A DNA stretch of 63,050 nucleotides, filler included, from Reclinomonas americana ATCC 50394 (Eukaryota): assembly GCA_048213135.1 (NCBI GenBank). It is 28 parts of 28 records of this genome, joined end to end, with 100 filler letters (N's around TTAATTAATTAA, not from the genome) between each part and the next. Parts side by side here need not be neighbours in the genome. Positions count along the whole stretch, not along the records: positions 62,037 to 63,050 come from AFZH01024938.1; 27 more parts are not named here. One strand, given 5' to 3'. Below are positions 62,612-63,050 of this stretch, one piece after another (the stretch's first letter is position 1; each line of letters begins with the position of its first letter). The position numbers were made by a program, and so were the translations under genes. Below the pieces are notes generated by a model. That model did no database searches. It was not told where the DNA came from and saw only the letters and a list, made by a program, of their open reading frames with translations.

Positions 62612-63050
62612 ATGAAGCTGCTGCGCATCGGACCTGCCGGCGAGGAGAAGCCCGCCGTCCTCGCCGGCGAGGACTCCTACGTCGACGTCGCCGACCTGAC
62701 GGATGATCTCGACGAGCGTTTCTTCGAATCGGGCGGGATCGATCGCATCCGTCCGGCAGTCGAAGATCGCATCCGACGCGGAGAGGTGCATCCGCTCGAC
62801 GACGTCCGTATCGGCGCTCCGTTCGCACGCCCTCACCAGATCCTGTGTATCGGACTGAACTACAGCGACCACGCGGCCGAGACCGGTCAGGCTGTGCCGG
62901 AGGAGCCGATCCTCTTCACGAAATCGCCGAACACCCTCATCGGACCGAACGACGACGTGCGCATCCCCCGTGGTTCGACGAAACCGGACTGGGAGGTCGA
63001 GCTCGGCATCGTGATCGGCCGCCGCACCAGCTACCTGGATTCGATCGACG
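62612..63050 (+). CDS. Fumarylacetoacetate hydrolase family protein, 3' truncated
   Basis: MKLLRIGPAGEEKP..ILCIGLNYSDHAAE..EPILFTKSPN..DWEVELGIVIG, with a GAGG RBS upstream. Absent from the ORF track because it has no stop in the window. Confidence 0.93.
   Translation, partial: MKLLRIGPAGEEKPAVLAGEDSYVDVADLTDDLDERFFESGGIDRIRPAVEDRIRRGEVHPLDDVRIGAPFARPHQILCIGLNYSDHAAETGQAVPEEPILFTKSPNTLIGPNDDVRIPRGSTKPDWEVELGIVIGRRTSYLDSID

Noticed and set aside
46878..63050. Bacterial contigs (46878-48244, 55613-57101, 62037-63050) as horizontal transfers into the protist
   Set aside because: They are wholly bacterial in layout (overlapping or RBS-led genes, high GC, no introns or microsatellites) and have no eukaryotic flank. 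Contamination is the simpler explanation.

Overview
This window is not one continuous locus. It is a pseudo-scaffold of 28 unrelated short contigs, mostly 2.3-2.4 kb and in decreasing length order, joined by 27 artificial 100-nt linkers (N44-TTAATTAATTAA-N44). Most contigs come from a compact, intron-rich, CA/GA-microsatellite-rich flagellated protist that uses the standard code and GT-AG introns wherever I spliced by eye. Its recognisable genes are an axonemal dynein heavy chain, a kinesin, DCTN5, a CAP-Gly protein, ARPC2, RPL26, SRPRB, a Pumilio protein, NDUFAF6, WD40/TPR/Kelch proteins, an inactive adenosine-deaminase domain and a pseudokinase. Three contigs look bacterial: an actinobacterial VapBC plus Rieske/MBL contig, an actinobacterial SMP-30 plus FAA-hydrolase contig, and a proteobacterial flotillin contig. 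One contig is an AT-richer non-coding repeat mosaic. The most notable signals are: (i) a set of eukaryotic, often spliced surface-protein genes built from bacterial or phage adhesin modules (tail-fibre-like DxDTGLF repeats; Ig/PKD/DUF285; Asp-box plus myxobacterial-type Cys repeats plus a lamin-tail domain; bacterial-type cadherins); (ii) a 7-intron KDZ/HMGXB3-like transposase gene missed by the ORF track; (iii) two diverged copies of a Crinkler-like NTPase+REase locus. All family calls come from motif recognition by eye; no searches were run.
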